A stretch of DNA of 64,000 nucleotides from Candidatus Palauibacter scopulicola (GCF_947581915.1 NZ_CANPWG010000054.1:83513-147512), one strand, 5' to 3'. Shown: positions 31,874-41,401, counted from the stretch's first letter. A program made the numbers and translations. The notes: a model not told the origin generated them from the letters alone.

Positions 31874-33063
31874 GCGGTGAGGCCCGCGACCGCCCGCGGC
31901 AGGCTCGCCAGCGCCCGATCGAGGTCGGCCGCGAGATCCTCCGTCGCCTCCAGCCCGGTGGAGAAGCGGATGAGGGCGTCCCGGATGCCCGCCTTCGCCC
32001 GCTCCTCGGCGGACATGCCCGCGTGGACGGCGGCGGCGGGGCGCACCACCAGCGACTCCGGACCCCCGAGACTCGCCGCGACCATCGGGATCTCCAGCGC
32101 GGAGATGAAAGCCTCGGCCGCGTCGACGCCGCCTTCCAGTTCGAACGACATCATCCCGCCGAAGCCGTCGAACAGGCGCGCGGCCCGCTCATGCTGGGCG
32201 TGGCTCGCCAGCCCCGGGTAGTGCACGACGGACACGGCGGGGTGCGCTTCGAGCCGCGCGGCCAGCCGACCCGCCGACGCGTTCTGCTCGCGCACGCGCA
32301 CGCTCAGCGTCTTCAGCCCCCGCTCGAGCAGGAACGCGGCGTGCGGGTCGAGGGAGCCGCCGAGATGGTCCTGCATCACCTTCACGCGCCGCACGAGGTC
32401 CGCCGGCCCGGCCACGCTCCCGGCCACGATGTCGCTGTGGCCGTTCATGTACTTCGTGCAGCTCTCCAGCACGAGGTCGAAGCCGATCTCCGCCGGCCTG
32501 AAGTTGATGGGGCTCGCGAACGTGTTGTCGATCAGCGTCACGAGCCCGTGCTCGCGCGCGAACGCCACGACCGCCTCCAGATCCGCGACCTGTACGAGCG
32601 GGTTCGTGAGCGTCTCGACGTACATGGCGCGCGTCGTCGGCGTCAGCGCGGCCGCCCAGCCCGACGGGTCCTGGGGATCGATCACCGTGTGCCCGATGCG
32701 GAACCGCGGCAGGTCCTGCTGCAGGAACGCGGCCGTGCCGCCGTACAGCGTATCCTGCACGAGCACGTGATCGCCGGCGGACAGCAGCGTGAGCAGCGAC
32801 CCCGAGATCGCCGCCATCCCGCTGCCGAGCACGAGGGCCGCTTCCGTCGCCTCGAGCGCCGCGATGCGTTCCCCGAGTACGCGATGGTTCGGCGTCGTGC
32901 TGAGCCGGATATACCCGATGTCGTGGTAGTCCTCGCCCCGGAGTTCGTAGTTCGCCGTCTGGTAGATCGGCGTGACGACGGCCCCCTCTGGCCTCGGCTC
33001 CTGCTCGCCCGCGTGCACGGCGTCCGTGGACGCCGCCCTTCTCCCATCCCCGAAGTTCTTCAT
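31870..33063 (-). CDS. Cys/Met-metabolism PLP enzyme (cystathionine gamma-synthase/beta-lyase/methionine gamma-lyase family)
   Basis: Family signature around TKYMNGHSD (PLP lysine). About 400 aa. Confidence 0.8.
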   Translation of the reverse strand: MKNFGDGRRAASTDAVHAGEQEPRPEGAVVTPIYQTANYELRGEDYHDIGYIRLSTTPNHRVLGERIAALEATEAALVLGSGMAAISGSLLTLLSAGDHVLVQDTLYGGTAAFLQQDLPRFRIGHTVIDPQDPSGWAAALTPTTRAMYVETLTNPLVQVADLEAVVAFAREHGLVTLIDNTFASPINFRPAEIGFDLVLESCTKYMNGHSDIVAGSVAGPADLVRRVKVMQDHLGGSLDPHAAFLLERGLKTLSVRVREQNASAGRLAARLEAHPAVSVVHYPGLASHAQHERAARLFDGFGGMMSFELEGGVDAAEAFISALEIPMVAASLGGPESLVVRPAAAVHAGMSAEERAKAGIRDALIRFSTGLEATEDLAADLDRALASLPRAVAGLTA

Positions 33064-33073
33064 GTCTCTCCTT

Positions 33074-33574
33074 TCAGTCCCACATCACGCGGTGGATGCG
33101 CCAGCCGGTTTCGAGCCGCTTCCACACTTCGAGAAACTTGCCGCCGAGTTCGACGTCGTCGGGGCCGCGCACCCGGTACGTCCCGTTCGCGAACGCCAGG
33201 TCCCCGTCCACCTCGATATCCTCGATCGTGAACCGCGCCTCGCGCAGTGGCACCGAACCGGCCAGGGCGCGCACGATGGCATCGTGCCCCCGGACCGCCG
33301 GCTCGCCGGACGGCAGCCGCACCGCTTCCGGCGTGAAGACGTCAGCGACGGCGTCGCCCGGCGCCCCCGCGATCAGCGCGGCTTCCCAGCGCCGGGTGAC
33401 GCGCTCGATCTCCGCTCTCACCGCCTCGGCGTCGACCGCTCCTCCGGTCTCCCCCGCCTCCCGCGACGGGCCCGAGCACGCCGCCGCGACGAGGCCGCCC
33501 GCCACCGCCGCCGCCAGACCGACGGCCGCAACGATACACCGGCACGTTCCTCTCGCGGGCCGTGTTCTCCTCAT
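33074..33574 (-). CDS. NTF2-like/SnoaL-DUF4440 family lipoprotein
   Basis: Signal plus lipobox LVAAACSG. Ketosteroid-isomerase-like fold pattern (W..A...GD..A...F...A), 166 aa. Confidence 0.5.
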   Translation of the reverse strand: MRRTRPARGTCRCIVAAVGLAAAVAGGLVAAACSGPSREAGETGGAVDAEAVRAEIERVTRRWEAALIAGAPGDAVADVFTPEAVRLPSGEPAVRGHDAIVRALAGSVPLREARFTIEDIEVDGDLAFANGTYRVRGPDDVELGGKFLEVWKRLETGWRIHRVMWD

Positions 33575-33735
33575 GGGTCGATATTGTATCGGAGCCCGCG
33601 TGCCGCGGCGACGCGCCCGGCTTTCGGGTTCGCGTGCGCCACCGTAGGATGCCCGTCGCGCCTGACGGGCGTGTCTGGAATTGTTCGCGCATCGCCGGCC
33701 GGCGATGCCGCGCTTGAACCTGCTTGGAGGTACGA

Positions 33736-34368
33736 ATGAAGAAGATGTTCCGCGCCATCCCCTGCCTGGCGATCGCCCTCGGCTTCGCCCTTGCCTTCGC
33801 CACGGCCGCGGAGGCCCAGGACCGGCGCATGAGCCCGGGCGGAGAGGCCGCCACCCAGGTCGGCGGCTCGTTCAACGCGGACGGCGGCTACGAGGGCGGC
33901 TCCTGGGTCGTCGTGACGTACGGCCGCCCCATCCTGCGCGGCCGCGACCTGTTCGGCTCGGGCGCCGAGTACGGCCAGCAGTTCCTGCGCGGGGCGCCGG
34001 TGTGGCGCGTCGGCGCGGACCAGTCCACCCGCTTCATGACCGAGACGGACCTCATGTTCGGCGGCGAGCGGCTGCCGGCCGGCGAGTACAGCGTGTTCGC
34101 GGAACTCACCGAGGCCGAGTGGACGCTGATCTTCTCGAACTGGGGCGCGAAGGAGAGCTTCCGCGAGGAGAACCCCGACGCGCTGTGGGGGGCTTACAGC
34201 TACACGCCCGACCGCGACGTGCTGCGCACGACCATGGATGTGGACACGATCATGATGTCCGCCGACCAGCTCACGATCTCGTTCATGGACATGACGCAGG
34301 AGGGCGGCGTGTTCACGATCTGGTGGGACGACCAGGTCGCAACCGTCCCCTTCCAGGTCGCCCGCTAA
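33736..34368 (+). CDS. DUF2911 family secreted protein
   Basis: ATG MKKMF preceded by GGAGG. The signal peptide and conserved RLGAD..T.F..dL.FGG..LPAGEY pattern match DUF2911. Confidence 0.6.
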   Translation: MKKMFRAIPCLAIALGFALAFATAAEAQDRRMSPGGEAATQVGGSFNADGGYEGGSWVVVTYGRPILRGRDLFGSGAEYGQQFLRGAPVWRVGADQSTRFMTETDLMFGGERLPAGEYSVFAELTEAEWTLIFSNWGAKESFREENPDALWGAYSYTPDRDVLRTTMDVDTIMMSADQLTISFMDMTQEGGVFTIWWDDQVATVPFQVAR

Positions 34369-35525
34369 CCGAGCGAGATCTCGCCGATTCGCTTCAGCGG
34401 CAGGGCGGTAATGGTGCCGGTCAACGGGTACTCGACATCCCCCGGATAGACGACCCATAGACGCTCGAGGTTCAGATCCCGGATCACGACGTGCATCGAC
34501 TTCGTGGTCCGGGGCGCCTCCGTGCACTTGAACTCGAAGCCCCAGCGCCGGCCGCGCCGCAGGAGCAGGAGGTCCAGTTCCGCCCCCCGCTGGGTTCCGT
34601 AGAAATAGGCCTCGCGCTCTCCGTGCTCGAGGAGCGTCTGCTCAAGAGCGAACCCCTCCCAACTGGCGCCGTACCGGGGATTCACGGCCAACTCCGTCAT
34701 TTCCTCGATCCCGAGCAGGGAATGCAGGATGCCGCTGTCGCGAATGAAGACCTTCGGCGATTTAACGAGCCGCTTGCCCAGATTCTCGAACCACGGCGGG
34801 AGTTGGCGTATCATGAACGAACCGGACAGCAGATCGCGGTAGTTCCGTACGGCGGTCACGCTCACGTCCATCGAGCGCCCCAGTTCGGCCGCGTTCCACG
34901 TCTGTCCGTGGTAGTGTGCCAGCATCCTCCAGAACCGGCCCACGGCTGCGGGGGCGACTCTCGAACGTAGCCCCGGAATGTCCCGTTCCAGGAACGTGCG
35001 CGTGAACGATTCCATCCACCGGGACCAGGCTCCGCTTGATGCGGCGAGGTAAGCTCGCGGAAACCCGCCCCGCAGCCACAACCGGTCCTGGTTTTCGGGG
35101 CCCGCTTCGGCGATGGAGAGGCCGCCCACATCCACGAACAGGACGCGGCCGGCCAGGGTCTCGGACACGGCCTCGATCAAGTCGAGCGAAGCGCTGCCGA
35201 GGACGAGGAACACGGCATTGCGATCGCGGGCGTCGCAGATGGGGCGCAGAACCTCGAAGAGCTCCGGCATGCGCTGGATTTCGTCGATGACGACGAGCCC
35301 ATCGGTACTGCGGAGTACTCTCTCCGGCGTCGCGGACAGGGCCGCCCTCTCGCCTCGCGCCTCCAGATCGAAGATGATGGACGGCCCGTCCCAGGCGGAT
35401 ACGATCTGCTCGGCCAGCGTCGTTTTGCCGATTTGACGCGCGCCCAGCAGAGCGACCACCGGCGCCTCGGACAGCCCTCGACGGATCGCGCTGTGGAGGC
35501 GCGGCCTCGGTATAAATTGTTGCAT
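34365..35525 (-). CDS. AAA+ ATPase with C-terminal DUF4143 (AAA_14 family)
   Basis: Walker A GARQIGKTT, Walker B VVIDEIQ, and the DUF4143 region (RDSGILHSLL). Confidence 0.75.
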   Translation of the reverse strand: MQQFIPRPRLHSAIRRGLSEAPVVALLGARQIGKTTLAEQIVSAWDGPSIIFDLEARGERAALSATPERVLRSTDGLVVIDEIQRMPELFEVLRPICDARDRNAVFLVLGSASLDLIEAVSETLAGRVLFVDVGGLSIAEAGPENQDRLWLRGGFPRAYLAASSGAWSRWMESFTRTFLERDIPGLRSRVAPAAVGRFWRMLAHYHGQTWNAAELGRSMDVSVTAVRNYRDLLSGSFMIRQLPPWFENLGKRLVKSPKVFIRDSGILHSLLGIEEMTELAVNPRYGASWEGFALEQTLLEHGEREAYFYGTQRGAELDLLLLRRGRRWGFEFKCTEAPRTTKSMHVVIRDLNLERLWVVYPGDVEYPLTGTITALPLKRIGEISLG

Positions 35526-35605
35526 ATCTTACTCCAGAGATGCGATATTCAACAATATCAGAGTACGATGGTCGGACCTCGGTGTCCAGCGGCTACGAGC
35601 CGCTG

Positions 35606-36979
35606 CTACCGGGACATGATGCGGCGGGCCGCCCGTCGACCACTCATGAGCGCCCCGTGCGTGGTGCCCGCGAAATCAAACAGCGTGTGTTCACCGACCA
35701 GAAAGAGGCGATCATCGACGGGCTCGGAGAGCAGATCGAAATCGGCCCTGTCGGTCCCGGGGCGCGGATAGGTATAGGCTCCGAGGGTAGTGGGGTCCGT
35801 CGACCAATGGGTGGTCCGCACCTCTGCGGGTGTGCCGACCTCGGCGCCCCAGACGGTGCGCAGCACCTGTAGGGCGTCTTCGCGCATCTCGGCGTCCGAC
35901 ATTCGGTCGGCCACCAGGGCATAGTCGCCCAGCGACAACCCGAGAAGGATGTTCTCGGTGCTGAACGTCCGATAGTTCACCCAATAGCACCACCGGCCCT
36001 TTTCCCTCGTCACCACACCGAAATACTGGGTATCCGTATCCCAGAACGGCGCATCGAACTTCAGGGCAATCTTGGTGACACTCCCAAAGCCGAGTGACTC
36101 GATGGCCTCCAGGTATTCGGAAGGTAGCGGAGGCTCGAAGCGGATCCGTCCCGCCTTCAACGCACCCAGTGGGGCCGAACACACGATGTAGTCGCCGGTC
36201 CATTCGCGCTCGCCCGCGACCGCCGTCACACCCTGCGCGCCATATGTGATGGACTCCACCTCCGCAGCGAGCCGAAGGTCCAGATCTCCGGCCAATGGCT
36301 CAAGGATGACGCTGTACCCCGTCGTGAGGACGACGTCTGCTCCGGGAAACGCCTCATCCGCGTCGTGCAGGGTGGCGGAGAGGTCTTCGATCGCCCCTCC
36401 CTTCGAGAATTCGGTATAGGCCGACAACGCCCATACGAGCCCCGGATCTTCGAGCGTCTCGGGCGCCGCCAGCCGGATCGCGTCGTGCAGACTCATGCCA
36501 TCCCCGAGGCGCGCGGCATCTCTGGCTCGTTCGAGCGCGTCTTCCCACCCCCGGTCGATGGCATCGACTCGAGCTTCGGGAAGGCGCATACCGGAATCGT
36601 CAAATACCGCCAGACTCTCGTCGTCCGTAACGAACGTCCGTCCGTTCACCGCCTCGACCAGGCCCATGATCGGGTTGTCGTCGCTCGGGCCGTGCACCCA
36701 GCCCGCCCCGTATTCGAACGGGGCCCCCAGGCTGAAGTCCGTGTGAATCCGGCCGCCCAGCCGGTCCTTCGCTTCGAGGACGATGACATCGATACCCGCA
36801 TCGGCCAGGGCACGGGCGGCCGCAAGCCCGGAAATACCGGCGCCGACCACAATGACGCGGCGGGCCGCCAGGGTCCGGGCCGACCCGCCACGCGGCGCGG
36901 GCAGCAGCGACAAGCCCGAGCCGAGGAGGGAGAGTTCCAGAAACCTCCGGCGGCCGATGCGCCGCCCGCGTCTGATCAG
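35606..36979 (-). CDS. Tat-exported flavin-containing amine oxidase
   Basis: Twin-arginine signal GRRRFLELSLLG. FAD dinucleotide fold VIVVGAGISGLAAA...VIVLEAKDRLGGR. There is no ATG in frame. Candidate starts are CTG at 36979, overlapping the S9 peptidase TGA (CTGA), or GTG at 37009. Confidence 0.65.
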   Translation of the reverse strand: MIRRGRRIGRRRFLELSLLGSGLSLLPAPRGGSARTLAARRVIVVGAGISGLAAARALADAGIDVIVLEAKDRLGGRIHTDFSLGAPFEYGAGWVHGPSDDNPIMGLVEAVNGRTFVTDDESLAVFDDSGMRLPEARVDAIDRGWEDALERARDAARLGDGMSLHDAIRLAAPETLEDPGLVWALSAYTEFSKGGAIEDLSATLHDADEAFPGADVVLTTGYSVILEPLAGDLDLRLAAEVESITYGAQGVTAVAGEREWTGDYIVCSAPLGALKAGRIRFEPPLPSEYLEAIESLGFGSVTKIALKFDAPFWDTDTQYFGVVTREKGRWCYWVNYRTFSTENILLGLSLGDYALVADRMSDAEMREDALQVLRTVWGAEVGTPAEVRTTHWSTDPTTLGAYTYPRPGTDRADFDLLSEPVDDRLFLVGEHTLFDFAGTTHGALMSGRRAARRIMSR

Positions 36980-39075
36980 GACGTTGTCGCGGCGTAGCGG
37001 CGGAACCACTCCAGAGTCGACAGCATCTTGCCGATGTGGTGGCTCGGGCGGCGGCGGATGCCGTGCGGCTCGCCGGGGAAGCGCACGAGCGATGTCTCCA
37101 CTCCGAGCAGTTTGAGCGCCTTGAAGTACTGCTCGGATTCGGACATCGGCGTGCGCCAGTCCTCCTCGCCCGTCACGATCCGCGTCGGCGTCGTCACGTT
37201 CTCGACCACGCTCAGGAGCGAGCGCGACTCGTAGTGCTCCACGTGGTCCCAGGGGAGGCCCGGGAACCAGTAGTTGACCCCGTAGGCGGCCATGTCGGCC
37301 GTGAGCACGAAGCTGTACCAGTTGATGACGGGATACCACGACACCGCAGCGCGGAACCGGTCCGTCCGGCCCACGAGCCAGGCCGTGAGGACGCCGCCTC
37401 CGCTCCCACCCACGACGTAGAGCTGTTCCTCATCTACATACCCCTGGTCGATGACCGCGTCGACGCCCGACATGAGGTCGTAGAAATCGTCCCCAGGGTA
37501 GGCGTGGTGGATCAGGTTCCCGAACTCCTCGCCGTAGCTCGTGCTGCCGCGCGGGTTCGTGTACAGCACGACGTAGCCCTGCGCCGCCATGAGCTGCTTC
37601 TCGAGGTCGAAGCGCGCGCCGTAGTTCGAGAACGGGCCGCCGTGGATCTCGAGGATGAGAGGGTATTCGCGCGAAGGGTCGAAGCCGGGCGGCTTGATGA
37701 TCCAGCCGTGGATGGGGCGTCCGTCGTGCGAGGACTCGTACCAGATCTCCTCGACCTCCCCGATCTCCCGCTTGGCCATCAGGTCGTCGTTGATCCCCGT
37801 GAGCACGCGGACATCGCTTCCGGGGCGACCTGTTGCGACTTCGGAGATCACGGCGGGCGTCGTGTAGTTCATCGCGAAGCTGCCGTCGTCGGCCACGGAG
37901 TACGTCGCTCCGGCATAGGCGCGGGCGACCCCGCCGACGTTGTCGGTCAGCACCCGGTGGCCGCTCCCGTCGTCGTCGAGGCGGAAGAGGGCGAGCTTCG
38001 TCATCCCCTCGTCGTCGTAGAGCGCGTACAGCCCCGACCCATCGGGCGCCCAAGTGGCCCCGTAGACCTCGCGGTCGAGTCCGCCGGAAAGCGAACGCGG
38101 ATCGCTCCCATCCCGGTTCATCACGTAGAGCCGCGTGAGCTGGTAGCCCTGGAAGCGGTCGTCCATCCCGAAGTAGGCGATGTGGCGGCCATCCGGTGAG
38201 ACGATCGGCCCGTCATCCGGGCCCCGGCGATCCGTGAGCTGCGTGGTCGTGCCGTCGGCGACGGAGACCTCGAACACCTCCGTGTCCGCTACGAAGACGC
38301 TCTCCGTGTCCCCGCCCCTGGGGTCGCGTGACATGACGAGGCCCGTGCCGTCCGGAGTCCAGGAGAAGTGCGTACCCCCGATCCCGTTGCCAGCCCAGTG
38401 GTTGTCTCCGCTGGTGATCTGCCGGGCGGTCCCCCCCTCCGCCGGCACGACGAAGACGTGCACGAACCCGTGCGGAAGATCGCCCAACTGGTCGAAGCGA
38501 TACACCAGCCGCTCGACGACCTGCGCCGGCTCGGCCCACTCCGCGCCTTCCGGCGGCGTCGGCATGCCCCCGATCATCGGCGCCGGCTGCGGCACCAGCT
38601 TCCCGAACGCGATCTGCGTCCCATCGGGCGACCATTCGAAGGACCGCGGCGGCTCCGTCACGCTCGTGACGACCGAAGTCTCACCCGAATCCATCCAGCG
38701 GACGTGGATCTGCGCGTCCCCGCTCCGGTTCGAGATGAAGGCGAGTCGCGTGCCGTCCGGCGACCAGCGCGGCGAACTGTCGTTGAAGTCCCCCGTCGTG
38801 AGCGGCCGGTGGCCCGAGCCGTCGGAGCCCACGATCCAGAGGCTCGAGAAGCGGCTGTCCGTCATGATGTCCGCGCGCTGGCGGACGTAGACGATCCGGC
38901 GGCCGTCCGGCGAGATCTGCGGGTCGCCCGCGATCTCGACCTCGAAGATGTCCTCCATGCGAAGCGGGCCGGACTCGGCCCCCGCCTGGGCAACCGCCGG
39001 CACGGCGACGCACAGAAGGGCTGCGGCGGCAAGAAACGAAAGGGAGATTCGGGCACTGCGGAGCGGGGCGGTCAT
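36976..39075 (-). CDS. S9 family prolyl oligopeptidase/acylaminoacyl peptidase with N-terminal beta-propeller
   Basis: Signal peptide from ATG at 39075. TolB-like propeller repeats (SPDGRRIVYV, SPDGTRLAF). Catalytic region GGSGGG...hydrolase. Confidence 0.8.
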   Translation of the reverse strand: MTAPLRSARISLSFLAAAALLCVAVPAVAQAGAESGPLRMEDIFEVEIAGDPQISPDGRRIVYVRQRADIMTDSRFSSLWIVGSDGSGHRPLTTGDFNDSSPRWSPDGTRLAFISNRSGDAQIHVRWMDSGETSVVTSVTEPPRSFEWSPDGTQIAFGKLVPQPAPMIGGMPTPPEGAEWAEPAQVVERLVYRFDQLGDLPHGFVHVFVVPAEGGTARQITSGDNHWAGNGIGGTHFSWTPDGTGLVMSRDPRGGDTESVFVADTEVFEVSVADGTTTQLTDRRGPDDGPIVSPDGRHIAYFGMDDRFQGYQLTRLYVMNRDGSDPRSLSGGLDREVYGATWAPDGSGLYALYDDEGMTKLALFRLDDDGSGHRVLTDNVGGVARAYAGATYSVADDGSFAMNYTTPAVISEVATGRPGSDVRVLTGINDDLMAKREIGEVEEIWYESSHDGRPIHGWIIKPPGFDPSREYPLILEIHGGPFSNYGARFDLEKQLMAAQGYVVLYTNPRGSTSYGEEFGNLIHHAYPGDDFYDLMSGVDAVIDQGYVDEEQLYVVGGSGGGVLTAWLVGRTDRFRAAVSWYPVINWYSFVLTADMAAYGVNYWFPGLPWDHVEHYESRSLLSVVENVTTPTRIVTGEEDWRTPMSESEQYFKALKLLGVETSLVRFPGEPHGIRRRPSHHIGKMLSTLEWFRRYAATTS

Positions 39076-39294
39076 CTGACACTCTCCGTGGATCGGACCT
39101 CGATGGGTTGCCGTCGGCGAGGCAACGTTGCGGATCATAGCCGGAAACGGCGGTGTCGGAACAGCGTCACCCGATCGCCGGATGTGACCCGAAGCTTGCA
39201 CGCCCAGTCTTTGATTGGAGTTTCGCGTGTGTCGGCACCACGTCGACCCCGGCCGTCGGGGGTTCCTGAACCGGGCACGAGGGGAGAAGAACCG

Positions 39295-39738
39295 ATGAAA
39301 CTCTGGCACGTCGTCGTGGTTGGTGCGTTGCTGGCGGGTTGCGGATCGGAGACGCCCGTAGAACCGGAGATACCACCGCCCAGCGCCGCCGGGCTATGGC
39401 TCAGCGTGGGCGAAGACCCCACCTCGGGTTTCTTCGTGCGTCTGGAGCATGAGGCATTTGAAGCGCGAACCCAGCGACTGGCAGGGGATTGGATGGTCAT
39501 GGTGAACGGGGAGTTCGAATCGTTGGGCACCGTCATTCTCGGCTTGTTCGATCACCCGGATATCTCGTTCACGCTGGAACGACCGTATGAGTGGCCGGAA
39601 GGCCAGCGAGCTGAACCTCGACGGTTCGAGGGTCGGATAAGCGGCCGAACGATGAGCGGAACTCTAACGGGTCAGGACTCGGGGACCGCAACACCGATCA
39701 CGCTGCAGCAGGTCCATCGACCGGAATCCGGTCCCTGA
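39295..39738 (+). CDS. Small hypothetical lipoprotein
   Basis: ATG after a GAGGGGAGA SD. Lipobox LLAGCGS. 147 aa. Confidence 0.5.
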   Translation: MKLWHVVVVGALLAGCGSETPVEPEIPPPSAAGLWLSVGEDPTSGFFVRLEHEAFEARTQRLAGDWMVMVNGEFESLGTVILGLFDHPDISFTLERPYEWPEGQRAEPRRFEGRISGRTMSGTLTGQDSGTATPITLQQVHRPESGP

Positions 39739-39757
39739 GACCGCTGACGCCGCCCGA

Positions 39758-40270
39758 ATGCGCGAAAGGAGAAACGCCGTGTACGAGATCGGCCGTCGAC
39801 ACTGGTGTATCGGCATCATGCTTCTCGGCCTGGCCGCCTGCGGCGACAACAGCGATGGCGTCACTCAGGTGGATCCGAACCAGCCATCGATTACGGGTAC
39901 GTGGAACGCGGTACTTCCGTCGGGACGGCTGACACTCGAGCTGCGGGAGCGGGACGCCGGCGTCGTGACCGGCAGTTACAGCATGCCGGTTAACGTCGGA
40001 TTTGCCATTTCGGGTCCGATAGAGAGTGGCGATCACCGCCATCCCGATGTGCTCCTCCGCTGGTCGGCCCGACTCCCGGAGGCTACCGGCGTCGATATCG
40101 TTTCGGATTGCACGATTGAAGGAACTGCAGGAGAGAACGGGATCTGGATCAGAGGTCAGATCGTCTGCACCGAGGCTCAGGGAGTACTCGAATCGCAACG
40201 CGGGCCGGTCACCGTAATCATCGGAGGCATCAACGCACCGATCACGCTGAGCCGCCTTCGAATAAGCTGA
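39758..40270 (+). CDS. Small hypothetical lipoprotein
   Basis: Lipobox LAACGD. 170 aa. Followed by a strong terminator. Confidence 0.5.
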   Translation: MRERRNAVYEIGRRHWCIGIMLLGLAACGDNSDGVTQVDPNQPSITGTWNAVLPSGRLTLELRERDAGVVTGSYSMPVNVGFAISGPIESGDHRHPDVLLRWSARLPEATGVDIVSDCTIEGTAGENGIWIRGQIVCTEAQGVLESQRGPVTVIIGGINAPITLSRLRIS

Positions 40271-40278
40271 CAAAAAAA

Positions 40279-40303
40279 GGGCCGCCCGTCGCCGGGCGGC
40301 CCT
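40279..40303. terminator. Bidirectional rho-independent terminator
   Basis: A7 run, then GGGCCGCCCG-TCGCC-GGGCGGCCC, then TTTCT. Serves the + lipoprotein gene and the convergent csp gene. Confidence 0.7.
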
Positions 40304-40340
40304 TTCTGAACTCACCGTTCGCCTGGTGGCGGTCGGCAAA

Positions 40341-40550
40341 TCACGCGACGCGGGTCACGTTCTCCGCAGCCGGGCCCTTCGTCCCGTCCGTAACGTCGAA
40401 CTCGACGGCCTCGCCCTCCTTCAGAGTGCGAAAACCATCCGCCTGAATCGCCGTGTGGTGTACGAAGCAGTCCTTACCGCCCTCTTCCGGGGTAATGAAC
40501 CCGAAGCCCTTCTGGTCGTTGAACCACTTCACGGTACCTCTCGTACGCAT
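40341..40550 (-). CDS. Cold-shock protein (CspA family)
   Basis: [18 protein letters not shown]1 motif and VHHTAI RNP2. 69 aa. The roughly 260-nt upstream non-coding region is consistent with a long csp 5'UTR. Confidence 0.9.
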   Translation of the reverse strand: MRTRGTVKWFNDQKGFGFITPEEGGKDCFVHHTAIQADGFRTLKEGEAVEFDVTDGTKGPAAENVTRVA

Positions 40551-40812
40551 TTCCTACTCCTTCGTTAGTCATGTCGGAGTTCGGGAAACCCGTAGCTGCC
40601 GACCGCTGACCTGTTCGACGCGGTCTCCCCCGCGCCAGGGTCGTGGCACTCGCCACGCAGAAAACAAAAGAAAAAGGGGCGACCCGTTGTTGAGAGGCCC
40701 CCCCGATCCTGCGATCCTGCCTTCTCAGTTCGCCGTACCCGGCGTCGCGGGGCCGTCCGAACGCGCGCAATGATCGCCTGCCGGAGGCCAAACGTCAAGG
40801 GGCGCACCGACC

Positions 40813-41376
40813 TCAGCCGGTTTCGGTCCCTACCAGAGGGCTGCGCCGTTCGAGCAGGAGCACGTCGCGCCACCGCCCTTCCAGCCTCCCCAGCCGCTCG
40901 CGTCGCCCCACGCGGCGGAAGCCGGCCCGCTCGTGGATGCGGAGACTAGCGACGTTCTCCGGGAAGATCCCCGCCTGCAGCGTCCAGAGCCCGGCCCGCT
41001 CGGAGGATTCGACGAGCGCGGTCAGGAGCCGGAGGCCGATTCCGCCCCCGCGCGCGTCCCCGCAGACGTAGACGCTCACCTCCGCCACGCCGCCGTACAC
41101 GCAGCGTCCGGAGACCGGAGCCAGGGCCGCCCACCCGACGACGCGTCCCGCCCGCTCGGCCACGAGCCGACAGCCGTCGAGGTGGTTCGCATCCCACGAC
41201 TCCCAGCCGGGCGCTTCCGTTTCGAAGGTGGCGTCGCCCGTCGCGATCCCCTCCTCGTAGATCGTTCGCACCGCGTCCCAGTCCCCGTGACTGAGCGAGC
41301 GGATCTCAAGGATGGCGGGGCTCGTCAACGCGCTATCATCCGGGTCATCATCATCCGGGTTATTCGCCGGTCTCAC
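40813..41376 (-). CDS. GNAT family N-acetyltransferase (phosphinothricin acetyltransferase-like)
   Basis: Acetyl-CoA binding region around GGGIGLRLL. The Asp-rich N-terminus (PDDDDPDD) comes from a short DNA tandem repeat. Confidence 0.65.
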   Translation of the reverse strand: MRPANNPDDDDPDDSALTSPAILEIRSLSHGDWDAVRTIYEEGIATGDATFETEAPGWESWDANHLDGCRLVAERAGRVVGWAALAPVSGRCVYGGVAEVSVYVCGDARGGGIGLRLLTALVESSERAGLWTLQAGIFPENVASLRIHERAGFRRVGRRERLGRLEGRWRDVLLLERRSPLVGTETG

Positions 41377-41401
41377 GCGCGGGCGTCGTCGCCACCGCGG
41401 G

